Below, piece by piece: positions 18,569 through 29,636 of a DNA stretch of 64,000 nt. The position numbers were made by a program, and so were the translations under genes. The notes under the pieces are model-generated. The model made no database searches, was not told where the DNA came from, and saw only the letters and a program-made list of their open reading frames with translations. The first letter of the stretch is position 1, and every line of letters begins with the position of its first letter. The DNA is taken from the NCBI GenBank assembly GCA_963727825.1, contig CAVSHO010000009.1, positions 288,001 to 352,000 of the forward strand, written 5' to 3'. Origin of the DNA: Ignavibacteriota bacterium. Its GTDB lineage: Bacteria; Bacteroidota; Ignavibacteria; UBA10030.

Positions 18569-19444
18569 TTACTTTGAAAGGTTGGCGGTTACTTCTTTAA
18601 GATACTGATCCTGAGTGTTGGGGTTGATACAGTTTGCAATGCCGCAAAGATATCGATCGAATACCTGCAATCCAATAATTCCGTTGTGTGGATCACGAAT
18701 TTGATATTTATCGGTAGTTAGCCTCGTCACGATTTCCTTTGGAACGGCATTGAGATATTCTGCAAGCATCGCGTTTGCCTTTTCCGGCGTCGCCGACTCA
18801 ATTACAAATATTTTGAATGAGGAACTGTCTTTGTACATAGCCACGTATGCTGAATTCAAAAAGCTATATCCTAAAAAATTACGGGCAACATATTGTTCCG
18901 TGTTGGCCAGTTTCTTTTCTGCAGGAAATACTTGAAACAGTTTTGCCATCGTGTTGTTTTGTTTCAAGTGATCTGCAAGCATTCTGCCAATGGTCAGCAT
19001 TGCTTCTTGAGCTTTGCCTCCCGTTTGATATGTTGACAGCTTGATGTAATACGAACCGGTGAGGAAATTCAGGACGCCCTGCTGAAGATATCCCTGCACA
19101 CCCAATTGAATGAAGTTATATTCCGTATCCCGTTCCTGAGAATACATTCCAAACGCATTCACATCAGAACCGTGTCTATACAATTCCACCTTCACTTCTA
19201 TGCTATCTACACTAATATAGCGTGCTATGTGAAGATCAACAAAATCATACTCGAGGAACAGATCTGCGGCTCCGTCAATAATATCCCATAAATTATTCGC
19301 ATTATATACAGGATCGTCCTGCGTAATCTTCCAGTTGGGAATTTGCGGGAAAAGTGATTCCTGACCCCAGGACAAGGACACTGAGATAGATAGAAAGAAA
19401 AGTGCAGTACTTCCACAAAATAATATTGATCGCATAACTTTCAT
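18569..19444 (-). CDS. Exported protein, DUF6599-like
   Basis: Signal peptide; NLWDIIDGAADLFLEY and NAFGMYSQER motifs. Confidence 0.65.
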   Translation of the reverse strand: MKVMRSILFCGSTALFFLSISVSLSWGQESLFPQIPNWKITQDDPVYNANNLWDIIDGAADLFLEYDFVDLHIARYISVDSIEVKVELYRHGSDVNAFGMYSQERDTEYNFIQLGVQGYLQQGVLNFLTGSYYIKLSTYQTGGKAQEAMLTIGRMLADHLKQNNTMAKLFQVFPAEKKLANTEQYVARNFLGYSFLNSAYVAMYKDSSSFKIFVIESATPEKANAMLAEYLNAVPKEIVTRLTTDKYQIRDPHNGIIGLQVFDRYLCGIANCINPNTQDQYLKEVTANLSK

Positions 19445-19445
19445 T

Positions 19446-20660
19446 TTAAGAAATAAATTCTTCCGGAACAGCAGTCAATCTCATTACATCCTTTATTCGT
19501 TTTGAGATCGCAAAATTCTTTGAGCATTTCGCCGTGCATTGCACACAACCTTCACAAGGATTATTTGGAATGTTGAGGCTCATCAACAACTTTTGCGCTT
19601 GATGGCTGTCACGATATCCATACGTGTACATATACGCGCGCATAATTTCCGGAATCGGCAATCTCTTGGGACAATTTGGAACACAATGTTCGCATCCCTG
19701 GCAGTACAAACTGCCTTGCGATTTCCCAACAAGGATATCTGCTTCTTCTTGTGCGGTCATCTTTAAATCACGATTTACACTTGCATTCATTGCAAGTTGA
19801 TCGAAGTTTGTATTTCCAGGAATTGAACTCGTAATATTTTCATCCTGTAAAACAAACTTCAACGCCGCTTTGCAATTGATCGGTTGTTTCCGTTCTTTAT
19901 CATAAAAACCTCCTGCCATTGTTTTCATAGCAATGATTCCTATGCCTGCTTTTGCCGCTTTCGCTATCGTCTCCTTTAATTCTGCATAATGATCTTGCAT
20001 AAAATTGATAGATGTCAACACTACTTCATATACGCCACTATCGATTGCCGCTTGAATAACTTCCGATTCATTCTTATGCGTGGAAATGCCGATATGTTTT
20101 GCTTTTCCTAACTTCTTTGCGATCATCGCTGCTTCTAATATCTCTGGAGACAGAACAGCCTCGCGCGATGAAAGTCCATGTACATAAAGAATGTCTACAT
20201 ACTCCATTTTGAGACGTTTAAGACTAATATCTACCTTATCAATATATGCTTTGGTCATTGAACTTTTATCAAGTGATACGACAAATTTGCTTTTATCTTC
20301 CGGCGGAACTTTTGTGGCAAGAACAAAAGAATCACGCGGATAGTCTTTCAATACTTCACCAAGCATCTCTTCATTTTTACCGCCTTGATATCCATGCGCG
20401 GTATCAAATAGCATTATTCCTTCCTTTAGGGCGGCATGGACGAGAGCGGGACTGTCAGCGCGCATCACGCCAAAGCTCACAATAGGCAGATCAATTCCTG
20501 TTTTTCCAAGTTTGCGCTTAATAATCGGTTTATCCTTTTCCTCAGAATGGTCAGTAACAAAGCTGGAACTCGCAAAAGAAGTGGATGCAAGAAGTGCACT
20601 TGCACTGCCAAGCACAGAAGTCCGTAAAAAATTTCGCCTGTTGAGTTCGTCCAATTCCAT
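19446..20660 (-). CDS. Tat-exported aldo/keto reductase with C-terminal Fe-S domain
   Basis: RRNFL Tat motif, KLGKTG, FDTAHGY, LATK, CQGCEHCVPNCP and CEGCVQCTAKC; GAGGAG RBS. Confidence 0.88.
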   Translation of the reverse strand: MELDELNRRNFLRTSVLGSASALLASTSFASSSFVTDHSEEKDKPIIKRKLGKTGIDLPIVSFGVMRADSPALVHAALKEGIMLFDTAHGYQGGKNEEMLGEVLKDYPRDSFVLATKVPPEDKSKFVVSLDKSSMTKAYIDKVDISLKRLKMEYVDILYVHGLSSREAVLSPEILEAAMIAKKLGKAKHIGISTHKNESEVIQAAIDSGVYEVVLTSINFMQDHYAELKETIAKAAKAGIGIIAMKTMAGGFYDKERKQPINCKAALKFVLQDENITSSIPGNTNFDQLAMNASVNRDLKMTAQEEADILVGKSQGSLYCQGCEHCVPNCPKRLPIPEIMRAYMYTYGYRDSHQAQKLLMSLNIPNNPCEGCVQCTAKCSKNFAISKRIKDVMRLTAVPEEFIS

Positions 20661-20880
20661 AGAAATTCTCCTCTGCTTTAAATGTGTATCTCTTCGGTTA
20701 AAGAATATTGTGAACTTTCCGATCAATTTACTGTAAAGAGTTTGCTAAAAATATTCTATTTAATCAATTTGAATTTGACCTAATTATGCAGAAAGTGGAT
20801 CAAAAAAGGATAGCTTCTCTTCAAAAGTTTATCGGAAAAAATCAATAAGCGAGATGAAATTGCCGGCATAATAGACAATA

Positions 20881-20915
20881 AAAAAAGCTCGCCCCTGCAA
20901 ATTAAGGCGAGTTTT
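20881..20915 (-). terminator. Probable terminator downstream of the M13 peptidase
   Basis: CTCGCC...GGCGAG stem with T-run on the minus strand. Confidence 0.55.
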
Positions 20916-21016
20916 GGAATAATAACTTCGTGCCAATAGAACTAAATTATTCTTTTGTAGCGATGACCATGGGTTCGGGTTGTGCAAAAGTATCAGAAAT
21001 AGTAATTACAATTAAG

Positions 21017-23056
21017 TTACCAAATTTTCACACGGACGCTGTCTGCACGCCACATCGCATCGCCTTGTTTTATTCCGAAAGTCGTATAAAATTCCGGCAT
21101 ATTAGACAATGGACCAATAACGCGGAATTTAGCTGGCGAATGTTCATTACTTCGCACTTGATTGGCAATCGCTTCGGGACGATCGTCCACCATCCAGGCA
21201 AATGCATAACCAAGGAAAAAGCGCTGGTCAGGATTCAATCCGGAAATGATTTCATGGTTCCTGTATTGATTGGTTTTCTTAAATGCCTCATACCCCATCA
21301 TAATGCCGCCAAGGTCAGCAATGTTTTCACCTTGTGTCAGATCGCCATTAATGTGCAGGCTATCCACTGCAACATATTCATTAAACTGCTGAACAATCAT
21401 TTTTGTTTTCGTAAAAAATTTTATACTGTCGTCGGATGTCCACCAATTTTCTAAATCGCCTTGTTCATTGTATTTGCTTCCTTGGTCATCAAATCCGTGA
21501 GTGATCTCGTGCCCAAATGTGGAACCGCCTATCACAGAATAGAGCAATGCATCGTCAGCAAGTGTGCGTTCGTATCCCGGAAGAATAATATTACAGCCGG
21601 GTACAACGATTTCATTGTTGGATGGATTGTAATAGGCATTGTAGGTTTGCGGTTCCATGTCCCATTCAGATCTATCAACCGGTTTGCCGTACTTTGCAAC
21701 CATATAATTAAATTCCCATCGATTTGCATTCATTCCATTCCTTACATACGAAGATCGATCAATTTGCATACTGCTGAGATCTTTCCACTTATCAGGATAA
21801 CCGACTTTCATAACAATAGTATTGAGTTTGCTCAGCGCCTTTACTTTTGTTGTTTCGCTCATCCAATCTAATTTTTTTATCCGTTCAGCATACACTTCTT
21901 TGATGGCATTTCCAATCTCCTGCAATTTTGCTTTTGTTCCACTCGGTAAATATTCAGACACATACACTTGTCCAAGCAATTCGCCTAAGGAGCGATCGGT
22001 TTGCCCTACTACACGTTTCCACCGCGGTTTGGGTTCCTGCACGCCCCGCAGAATTGTGGAATAAAAATTGAAGGATTCTAGATACGTTTTATCATCTAAG
22101 TAACTCGCAAGACCGCGCACGAAATGATACTTGAGATAATTCTTCCAATCGTCTAAGGGAAATGATTTGAGATATCCATTCATTGCGGTAAGAAATTCCG
22201 GCTGACCAACCACAACCGTATCCACAGCGTGCAAACCCACACCTTCTGTAAATATTATCCAGTCGATATTCGGCGTAGATTCGGTTAATTGTTTGAAAGA
22301 TATTTTATTGTAATTCTTCAAAGGATCGCGAGTGTCTTCACGCTTGCGAGATGTTTTCGCGATCGCGGTTTCTAACTTCATTAGATTGTCAGCGGTTTGC
22401 ATCGCTTTGGCATCATCATACCCAATGATCTTGAACATGATATTAAGATGTTCAACAAATTTCCGGCGTACCATCACCGCTTGTGCATCAGTATCGAAAT
22501 AATAATTACGATCCGGCAAGCTTAATCCACCTTGCGCAATAAAGACTGCATACTTGCTGCTGATTTTATCATCCTGCCCTACGCCAAATTCAAACAAAGG
22601 AGATCCGGCAACAGTATGTATATATGCCGCCGCTTTCACAACGCCATCCATATCTTTGATAGCGTCAATCATTCCAATATCCTTTTTCAAATCAGCAATT
22701 CCTTTCTTATTAAGCGAAACACTGTCCATGCCAGTATAAAAGAAATCACCGATCTTTTGCTTGTTGCTTCCTTTTTCAGCGTTGATGAGAGAAGCAGAAG
22801 ATTCGCATATAGTGCGTATCTGGGCGTTGATGGTATCCTGTACCAATTGCCATATTCCGTTGTTCTGTTCGCTGGCGGGAATCGGGTTTTCTTTAAACCA
22901 TTTCCCATTGGCAAACAGAAAGAAATCATCTCCAGGCTTTACAGTGGAATCGATGTGCGCGACTAACGGATCTGTTGGAACTTTGAACTGACCGAAAGAG
23001 AATGGAAAACAGAATGCCAAAATAACAAATAATGTAATGACGCTGCTTTTTTTCAT
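21017..23056 (-). CDS. Secreted M13 metallopeptidase (PepO/neprilysin-like)
   Basis: PGDDFF, NAYY, HEITH, GENIAD, HSP motifs; signal peptide after AAGGAG. Confidence 0.95.
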   Translation of the reverse strand: MKKSSVITLFVILAFCFPFSFGQFKVPTDPLVAHIDSTVKPGDDFFLFANGKWFKENPIPASEQNNGIWQLVQDTINAQIRTICESSASLINAEKGSNKQKIGDFFYTGMDSVSLNKKGIADLKKDIGMIDAIKDMDGVVKAAAYIHTVAGSPLFEFGVGQDDKISSKYAVFIAQGGLSLPDRNYYFDTDAQAVMVRRKFVEHLNIMFKIIGYDDAKAMQTADNLMKLETAIAKTSRKREDTRDPLKNYNKISFKQLTESTPNIDWIIFTEGVGLHAVDTVVVGQPEFLTAMNGYLKSFPLDDWKNYLKYHFVRGLASYLDDKTYLESFNFYSTILRGVQEPKPRWKRVVGQTDRSLGELLGQVYVSEYLPSGTKAKLQEIGNAIKEVYAERIKKLDWMSETTKVKALSKLNTIVMKVGYPDKWKDLSSMQIDRSSYVRNGMNANRWEFNYMVAKYGKPVDRSEWDMEPQTYNAYYNPSNNEIVVPGCNIILPGYERTLADDALLYSVIGGSTFGHEITHGFDDQGSKYNEQGDLENWWTSDDSIKFFTKTKMIVQQFNEYVAVDSLHINGDLTQGENIADLGGIMMGYEAFKKTNQYRNHEIISGLNPDQRFFLGYAFAWMVDDRPEAIANQVRSNEHSPAKFRVIGPLSNMPEFYTTFGIKQGDAMWRADSVRVKIW

Positions 23057-23209
23057 CGCACACTCCTTCAAAGAGTTATTTATTGATGAACAGTATTTAA
23101 TCTAATCAAACTAAATTTTGCAGAAATAGAAATAAAAAAAAGAGATCGAATTTATTCTATAAATTAAGGAGATATACTTGGCAACATTATCCCAAATTAT
23201 GCATTAGCT

Positions 23210-23299
23210 TGTAGAGTCCCCGCCTGCGTCGGGCAGGCGATCACCAGATCGGACAATGATGTTAACATTGTTTCATCCAGTCGGTGACTGGATTCTACA
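23210..23299. repeat. Inverted copy of the GTAG REP doublet with a nested 19-bp palindrome
   Basis: 23275-23299 is the exact reverse complement of 3281-3305. Confidence 0.8.
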
Positions 23300-23530
23300 C
23301 CAAATCGGTTATCATTCACCTTTCCCATATTCTATCATTTCAATAACATATGCCCCTCTTTTATTTCTAATGAATGGTTTGGGATTATTTGTTATCACCA
23401 CAATCCTTAATGCGTTACTCATTCATTAACAATTGCGGAAAAAATTGATATAAACAGATTGAATTGTTGCGACGAATGCGAGCGTATAGTAAGATAAGTG
23501 CTAATCTCTTTACGATAGGATTTTTTAAAT

Positions 23531-23568
23531 TAACGAAGGCAGTTCTAATTTCAAAACCGCCTTCGTTA
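23531..23568 (-). terminator. Hairpin after the secreted-protein gene, probable terminator
   Basis: TAACGAAGGC...GCCTTCGTTA. Confidence 0.55.
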
Positions 23569-23594
23569 GCAATATTCTTTTATTCAACAAGCGA

Positions 23595-25483
23595 TTATTT
23601 CATCAGTATCATTTTCCTAGTTTCACTGAACGATCCTGATTGCATCTTACAGAAGTAAACACCACTGCCAAAGTTGGCAGCATTCCATGTCGCAGAATAT
23701 GAACCTGCCTGCTTGAATTCATTGACCAGTGTTGTTACTTCTCTGCCTAAGAGATCATATATCTTCACCGATACAACTCCAGCTTTTGAAATCTCATAAG
23801 TGAAGCTTGTGCTCGGATTGAAAGGATTCGGATAGTTCTGATTAAGAGCAAACTTGTCGGGAATACCAGATCCGTTGTTCGAGACTGATGTAAGCACTGA
23901 TCCAAAATTCCACATATTACTGCCTACAATTTTTCCATCAGAAGCAGCGGTCTTCAAATTAAGACCAGCATTATAGCTGCAATCGAGCCAATCCAGAACA
24001 GAGTCCATTCGCATGCGATTGAAATCATACGGCCATCTACTGATAAGCATTATATTTCGTTACGAATTGAGTTAATGGTCCACCCGCCACAGTTAGAGAG
24101 CCACCGCCAAAGAATGCTACCGGCTTACTGGCATTTTTAATTTTTCCTCCACCAGCTCCAACAGCACTATCTATCGCTAGAGTTGTGGGCCTATAACCAG
24201 CCGCCATAGGAGAAAAATACCATCTGACAAATTTTGATGGGAACAGCGGCACATTATTAAACGCAATCTTAATTTTTGTAAATGCCGTTGTTGCATTTCC
24301 GCCATTTGCATTAAGCTGTCTTTGGATATCCGAGGTCATAATAGGCTCAGGTGCAGACGACCCGTAAAGTACGTGATGGAGACCAACACCAGTTTCGAAA
24401 TCACGAACAGCTTTTCCTGAATCTGAAACATAATAATAATTATTGGATATAACCCAGGGAGTAATATGGGTTGTTTTATTCGGTTTGGTAATAATCCAGC
24501 AACACTTACCGATGCCATTAATATCTAAATCAGGGTTATCTATCATTTCGCCTTGACGAGTCCAATCAGTATCTGGTCCCAGAGCATAATTATCAACGAA
24601 TAAATTATCTTTTATTTCAAACGGGCCTGCTCCAAGAGAGTCAATCTGTGTTAATGTTATAAATCCATGATAGCTTATGCAATCTACAACTGTGTTATGG
24701 TTAAATTTGAAACTATAGACAGGCTGTGTAGCAGTCAGATATCTGACTACGCGGTCGACAACATTATATATAGTGTTATCTTGCATATCTACTGTATCTG
24801 TCCCAACGGAGTTCAGATTAACCACTCTGCCTGCTCCAAGGTTCGTAAGCCACAAATTTCCACAATCACCAAAAATGGAATGCCGAATACGAACTACTTG
24901 TATTGTTGTCATTGATCTTCCTGCAATATTTACGCCTGTAGTCGCGCCTAGAGAAGACACAGCTATCAAGATAGACACTACCCGTGGATCCAGCAACAAA
25001 TGAAATGTAATTGACATTTTGTTTATCAAGATTAGTCGGAGAATTTAATGCGTCGTACCCGGCTATTGCCACATTTTTTATGCAGATGGTATCGTTCGTC
25101 GAAGTTACAATGAAGAAACTTGTGCTTGCCGTTGAAGATTGAAGAATCGGCTTATAATCAGAAGTTGCAGTACTGGGTATAGTATAATTTTTACCGTACT
25201 CTCCACGGATGAGAAGTTTCCTATTTGCAACATTCAATGAACAGGCTGACGTCCAGTCGTAATGTCCACCTGCCTTTAAAACATAAACACGGGTATGATT
25301 TGCCCAAGATGCCTGATGAGCAACTGTATCTGCAAAAATATATTGAGGTAAATTTGATCCGTCGGGCACCATTGCCGTATCTTCAACTGTCGGCCATGCC
25401 AAGTAATACGAAGTCTGGCCCAGAGCTACTAGCGGGCAGAGTAATAATAGCGCCAGTCCAAGACTGTAGAGAGAGAATTTCAT
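23595..25483 (-). CDS. Secreted beta-helix-like protein with T9SS-type C-terminal sorting domain, two apparent +1 frameshifts
   Basis: Three overlapping ORFs join (1889 nt minus 2 gives 628 aa); signal peptide, FNHNT/KDNLF/SNNYY repeats, NYPNPFNPST...YDLLGREV...SGVYF...KMILMK. Confidence 0.8.
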
Positions 25484-25539
25484 AATGTACTCCTTAATTA
25501 ATTATGAAAAGATTGGTTAATTGAATGAATTATTGTTTT

Positions 25540-28500
25540 TTATAGCAATACACGTACTCCAAAATCAAGAGTTCTTCCGTATAAATATGATTGAGTAGGA
25601 AGATATCCCCAATTAAACATATTATTATATCGATATCTGGTTTCTGGTTTGTTGAAAAGATTATCAATGTTAAGAACTAATGAAATTTTCTGTGTCACTT
25701 GCTCCTTTAAAGCAAGATCCCATTTAATGAATTCACCAACGATGGCATCGCTTGTTCCATCTACAGAATATAATCTTGTATATCTACCCTGATAGAACAC
25801 CGAAATTCTCGCTGAAAAGCCTCCTATATCATAACCCAAGGCGGCATTACCATAGAGTTGTGGCTGATCTTCCATTGGCTTCTTCACTAATATCACAGTA
25901 TGATCCAAGTAAGATGTGTACGATGAGTCTTGAGTTAATTTACCTTTTGCGTTGTACTGTGCAGCATTAAACTGAGTATCTACAACAGCTTTTTCCATAA
26001 AGAAATATGTCTCGGAACGTGCGATTTGAATATTGTATGTTAATGTAAAGTTTTGCAGCCACTTTACCGGTAGAAAACGGAAGTTTAATTGGTGTTCAAG
26101 TTCAAAACCCCAAGCATATGAAGGATTGGGGGAAGAATATGGCGCAGTAATAGAAAAGTTAATGTCATTATGTAAAAGATTAGCAAATGCAGGCGTATTA
26201 AGCCATTCCGATAATTGAAATTGGGGAATCAAATCATCTAAACGATGATATCCGGCATCCGAAAGCGGCACCTGCACACCATTTACAATCATTGTTTGAT
26301 TTGGATTATTTGCCGGCCATTCAACCTTGGCTGCATTTATTTGTTGAAACAAGTTATCTATGCGCTTGTAATACGCAGAAACAGTTAATAAACCGAGGTT
26401 ATTACCAAATATTTGCACACCTGTTTCAAAATTATTAGCCGTTGCATCTGCTAACTGAGGATTCCCAACAGTAATATTCGTATAAGTACCGCCATGCCCC
26501 CCTCCGCCAGGAGCTCCGGTCTTTGTAACATCAAGTTGAGGCAAACGCCAGCTAAAATCAGGCCTTGCCACAGCTTGATATGCAGCAAACCGTAAAGTTA
26601 GGAAATCGGTAGGTCTTAAAGTTAACTGTAAATTGGGGAACCATAACGTCTTTTCATAAGTGGTCGATGTATCTACTACGGAAGCTGGATTGATAGTTAT
26701 TACATTTCCTGTTCCGGCTGCACCATTGGTGCCATAATGAGCCAAGTAATCATTCCGTTCTCTTTCCATTCGCACACCAAATTCCATAGCTATAGACCCG
26801 CCAATACTTATATTATCCATAAGATAGGCAGAAGAAATCCGTTCAGTAATAAAATAATTACTCAACGCCATTGCACCAATATCACCATAATTGATTTGAG
26901 CTGTGAATATAGAATTTTGAACCATATTTTGGAACATCTGGTATTTGCCGACATCAATAAGCGGTGACAATGTATAAGTACCTAAGAGGGTTCTAGTTGG
27001 AATATTTGCCATATCGACGAAATCAGATAGCTTGACATGCGAGTTTGTACCGGCAAAAGGTGTTCCGCTAAAATCAATAGGATGACCTTGCGCATCAAGG
27101 AATGGTGCATCCTGATATGTGTTCCAAGCCATACCATCATTATCTAACCATCTCGATTTTTCTTTATATTTGACACCAACTTTTATTTCGTTTGAGAATA
27201 CATCCCAAAACGTCACACTCTTCGTAAGACCGAATTGACCAGTGAGCTCTTTATCAAAATTTTCCGTTTTGTATGTGTCCATGCTATCAAGAGCGACTTT
27301 TGTAAAATCATTATTAGCTCCCGCATCGAATTGTTCTGGGTTTTCTTTTATCGGGTTAGGTGGATTACTATTACCAGCGCCGTAAAATATTGTACGAAAA
27401 TTGGTTGGATTTGTGACTTTGGATTCCGCATAAGATCCATTCCAATCTATTGTCAAGCCCAATAAATAGTTTTTCCCTTGCAAGGATCCATTGCGTGTGA
27501 CCATATTCTGATCTACATTCTGATAATCGTAGATCCATGTCCCTGAATATTGCCTCTCATAAGTCATATAATTTCTATTTGTAAAAGCATAGATGCCGGT
27601 TAATTTAACTGATCCACTATCGGGTGTATTGACATCAAGAGCGGCTTGCATACCGTTTCTTTTACGCATCTCATTTGTAAATTGTCGTGTAGATGCTTTA
27701 ATAGAATAATCGTTGTCATACTCTTCAATGTTATATGTTCCATAAGTTGGTAGATCTGGATTATCCGTTGTGTTATACGATGTTGCAACATTCTCTTGGC
27801 TTCGTATTTTTTTCTCAACATTCCCCTCTAACCGTACTCCAAGAATATCATTGAAGAATCGTTCTCCATAGCGAGCGCTGGCATCATATTGATTAGCTGA
27901 TTTCATAAGATAATTATAACTGCCTTTTACATCGGTTTGCAACAACATTTCACTGGGTGCTTTTCTTGTTACTAAGTTAATACCACCGGCAATAGCGTCT
28001 GCATCTTGATCAGGTGTTAAGGTTTTATATAACTCAATACCCGCAAGAGTTCCTTGAGATATCATACTAAGATCAACGTCTCTCGAATTTGGATCCGTCG
28101 GCGGAATTTTAACTCCATCAATTGTAATATTACTAAACTTCGAACTCAGTCCACGCAATACAACACCAGTAGCCTCACCACCACTACGCGTTAAGGCAAC
28201 ACCCGGCAAACGCCCAATTGCTTCTGCTGCATTGGCATCCGGGAGTTCCTGAATTTTTTCTTCTGAAACAACGTTTACAATGGAGTTAGACGTAATTTGC
28301 TGGTTGATTGCAGCAAGTTGACCTTTCATCTGAGCGGTGACGACAACCTCTTCACCTTGGATAACTGTTGGCTTTAATTGGAATTTTCTTGATACATTCT
28401 GCGATTTGGAAAAATCTATATTGGTGATTAATGGCTCATAACCAACACATGATATCTTTACATCAAAGGCACGTTCAGGGATTCCGAATATTAGAAACTT

Positions 28501-28686
28501 ACCATCGATGTCCGTCGCTGCACCAATGGATGTGCCTTGTATAGTCACGTTTACCCCAATTAACGGCTCATTACTTGAAGTATCCACTACGATACCTTTT
28601 AAGGTTGCCTGTCCATAAACAATTATTGGTACAAATAGAGAGAGAAAAAGAATCATTTTCATGGAAGATAATATTCGCATAAGCAT
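25540..28686 (-). CDS. TonB-dependent receptor
   Basis: Carboxypeptidase-regulatory-like N-domain, LPDANAAEAIGRLPGV plug, YGRTLDFGVRVLL end. Confidence 0.93.
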   Translation of the reverse strand: MLMRILSSMKMILFLSLFVPIIVYGQATLKGIVVDTSSNEPLIGVNVTIQGTSIGAATDIDGKFLIFGIPERAFDVKISCVGYEPLITNIDFSKSQNVSRKFQLKPTVIQGEEVVVTAQMKGQLAAINQQITSNSIVNVVSEEKIQELPDANAAEAIGRLPGVALTRSGGEATGVVLRGLSSKFSNITIDGVKIPPTDPNSRDVDLSMISQGTLAGIELYKTLTPDQDADAIAGGINLVTRKAPSEMLLQTDVKGSYNYLMKSANQYDASARYGERFFNDILGVRLEGNVEKKIRSQENVATSYNTTDNPDLPTYGTYNIEEYDNDYSIKASTRQFTNEMRKRNGMQAALDVNTPDSGSVKLTGIYAFTNRNYMTYERQYSGTWIYDYQNVDQNMVTRNGSLQGKNYLLGLTIDWNGSYAESKVTNPTNFRTIFYGAGNSNPPNPIKENPEQFDAGANNDFTKVALDSMDTYKTENFDKELTGQFGLTKSVTFWDVFSNEIKVGVKYKEKSRWLDNDGMAWNTYQDAPFLDAQGHPIDFSGTPFAGTNSHVKLSDFVDMANIPTRTLLGTYTLSPLIDVGKYQMFQNMVQNSIFTAQINYGDIGAMALSNYFITERISSAYLMDNISIGGSIAMEFGVRMERERNDYLAHYGTNGAAGTGNVITINPASVVDTSTTYEKTLWFPNLQLTLRPTDFLTLRFAAYQAVARPDFSWRLPQLDVTKTGAPGGGGHGGTYTNITVGNPQLADATANNFETGVQIFGNNLGLLTVSAYYKRIDNLFQQINAAKVEWPANNPNQTMIVNGVQVPLSDAGYHRLDDLIPQFQLSEWLNTPAFANLLHNDINFSITAPYSSPNPSYAWGFELEHQLNFRFLPVKWLQNFTLTYNIQIARSETYFFMEKAVVDTQFNAAQYNAKGKLTQDSSYTSYLDHTVILVKKPMEDQPQLYGNAALGYDIGGFSARISVFYQGRYTRLYSVDGTSDAIVGEFIKWDLALKEQVTQKISLVLNIDNLFNKPETRYRYNNMFNWGYLPTQSYLYGRTLDFGVRVLL

Positions 28687-28831
28687 ATTACTCCTTGTTT
28701 GGATTGAATTTAATTTGTTGTATGCGGTCTAAAATACTTTGAAGAAAAATAAATCGTTTCCAATATTGTGGTCGATACTACCATAAATGGAACTTAAGAG
28801 TTTCCAATAACATAGATTATTAAAATACTAT

Positions 28832-29584
28832 CTATTGTCCTTGTTTCTTTTTTGTACTTAATTGATTTTGTAGCATTTGTTCTGTGTGCTCTTCAGCAAT
28901 CTCAAGATGTCGTATCATTGCATTCCGTGCGCCCTTTGCATCTCGTTGCAGAATTGCGGCAAGAATTTTTTGATGCCACTCAACAGCTGATTGTTTCGCA
29001 TCTCCAACAGTAGCATATACAGATGATTTAATTTGAGGAATAAGTCTGTGTATTGGTTCGAGTATTAAAGGAATTATTGAATTTTCGGATGCTTTAGCAA
29101 CATCCAAATGAAAAAGCATATCGAGTCTTGAAAGCTCTTCATAATCGCCTTTACTTTGTACTAAATCGTTCTGATCCTTTTTCAACCTTTCAGCATCCTC
29201 ATCTGTGTAATGAAGCGCCGCCGCTGCTGCAATAGGAGGTTCAATAATCTGTCGGGCATGAACAACATCGAGAACATAACTACGTTCATGCTGCATCTCA
29301 AGGTAAAGGTGTATAGGATCAGTCACCGTTTGGGAAGATATGTTTTGAACAAATATCCCTTTGCCCTTCATTATTGTAATAAGACCACGTGCACTTAATG
29401 TTCGGAGAGCTTCACGAATTGCCGTCCGGCTTACACCAAATTGCTGGCAAAGTTCTAATTCTGATGGGAGTTTGGCGCCTGGCAATACTGCCTTTGTGCG
29501 TATAGCTTTTTCGATTTGAGATACCACAATGTTGCTAAGAAGGCTTCTTTTTCCAACAGATATGAATAATTTTTTAGTTTTCAT
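28832..29584 (-). CDS. GntR family regulator, FadR subfamily
   Basis: LPSELELCQQFGVSRTAIREAL HTH; FCD domain DMLFH...H...H. Confidence 0.93.
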   Translation of the reverse strand: MKTKKLFISVGKRSLLSNIVVSQIEKAIRTKAVLPGAKLPSELELCQQFGVSRTAIREALRTLSARGLITIMKGKGIFVQNISSQTVTDPIHLYLEMQHERSYVLDVVHARQIIEPPIAAAAALHYTDEDAERLKKDQNDLVQSKGDYEELSRLDMLFHLDVAKASENSIIPLILEPIHRLIPQIKSSVYATVGDAKQSAVEWHQKILAAILQRDAKGARNAMIRHLEIAEEHTEQMLQNQLSTKKKQGQ

Positions 29585-29636
29585 CTTGTATGATATCTTA
29601 CAAGATGAATTTATATATTATTCATTAACCTGTCAA
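29581..29636 (-). promoter_or_regulatory. GntR promoter and palindromic operator over its start codon
   Basis: TTGACA-17 bp-TAAATT; TCATCTTGTA-tgatatct-TACAAGATGA at 29581-29608. Confidence 0.7.
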
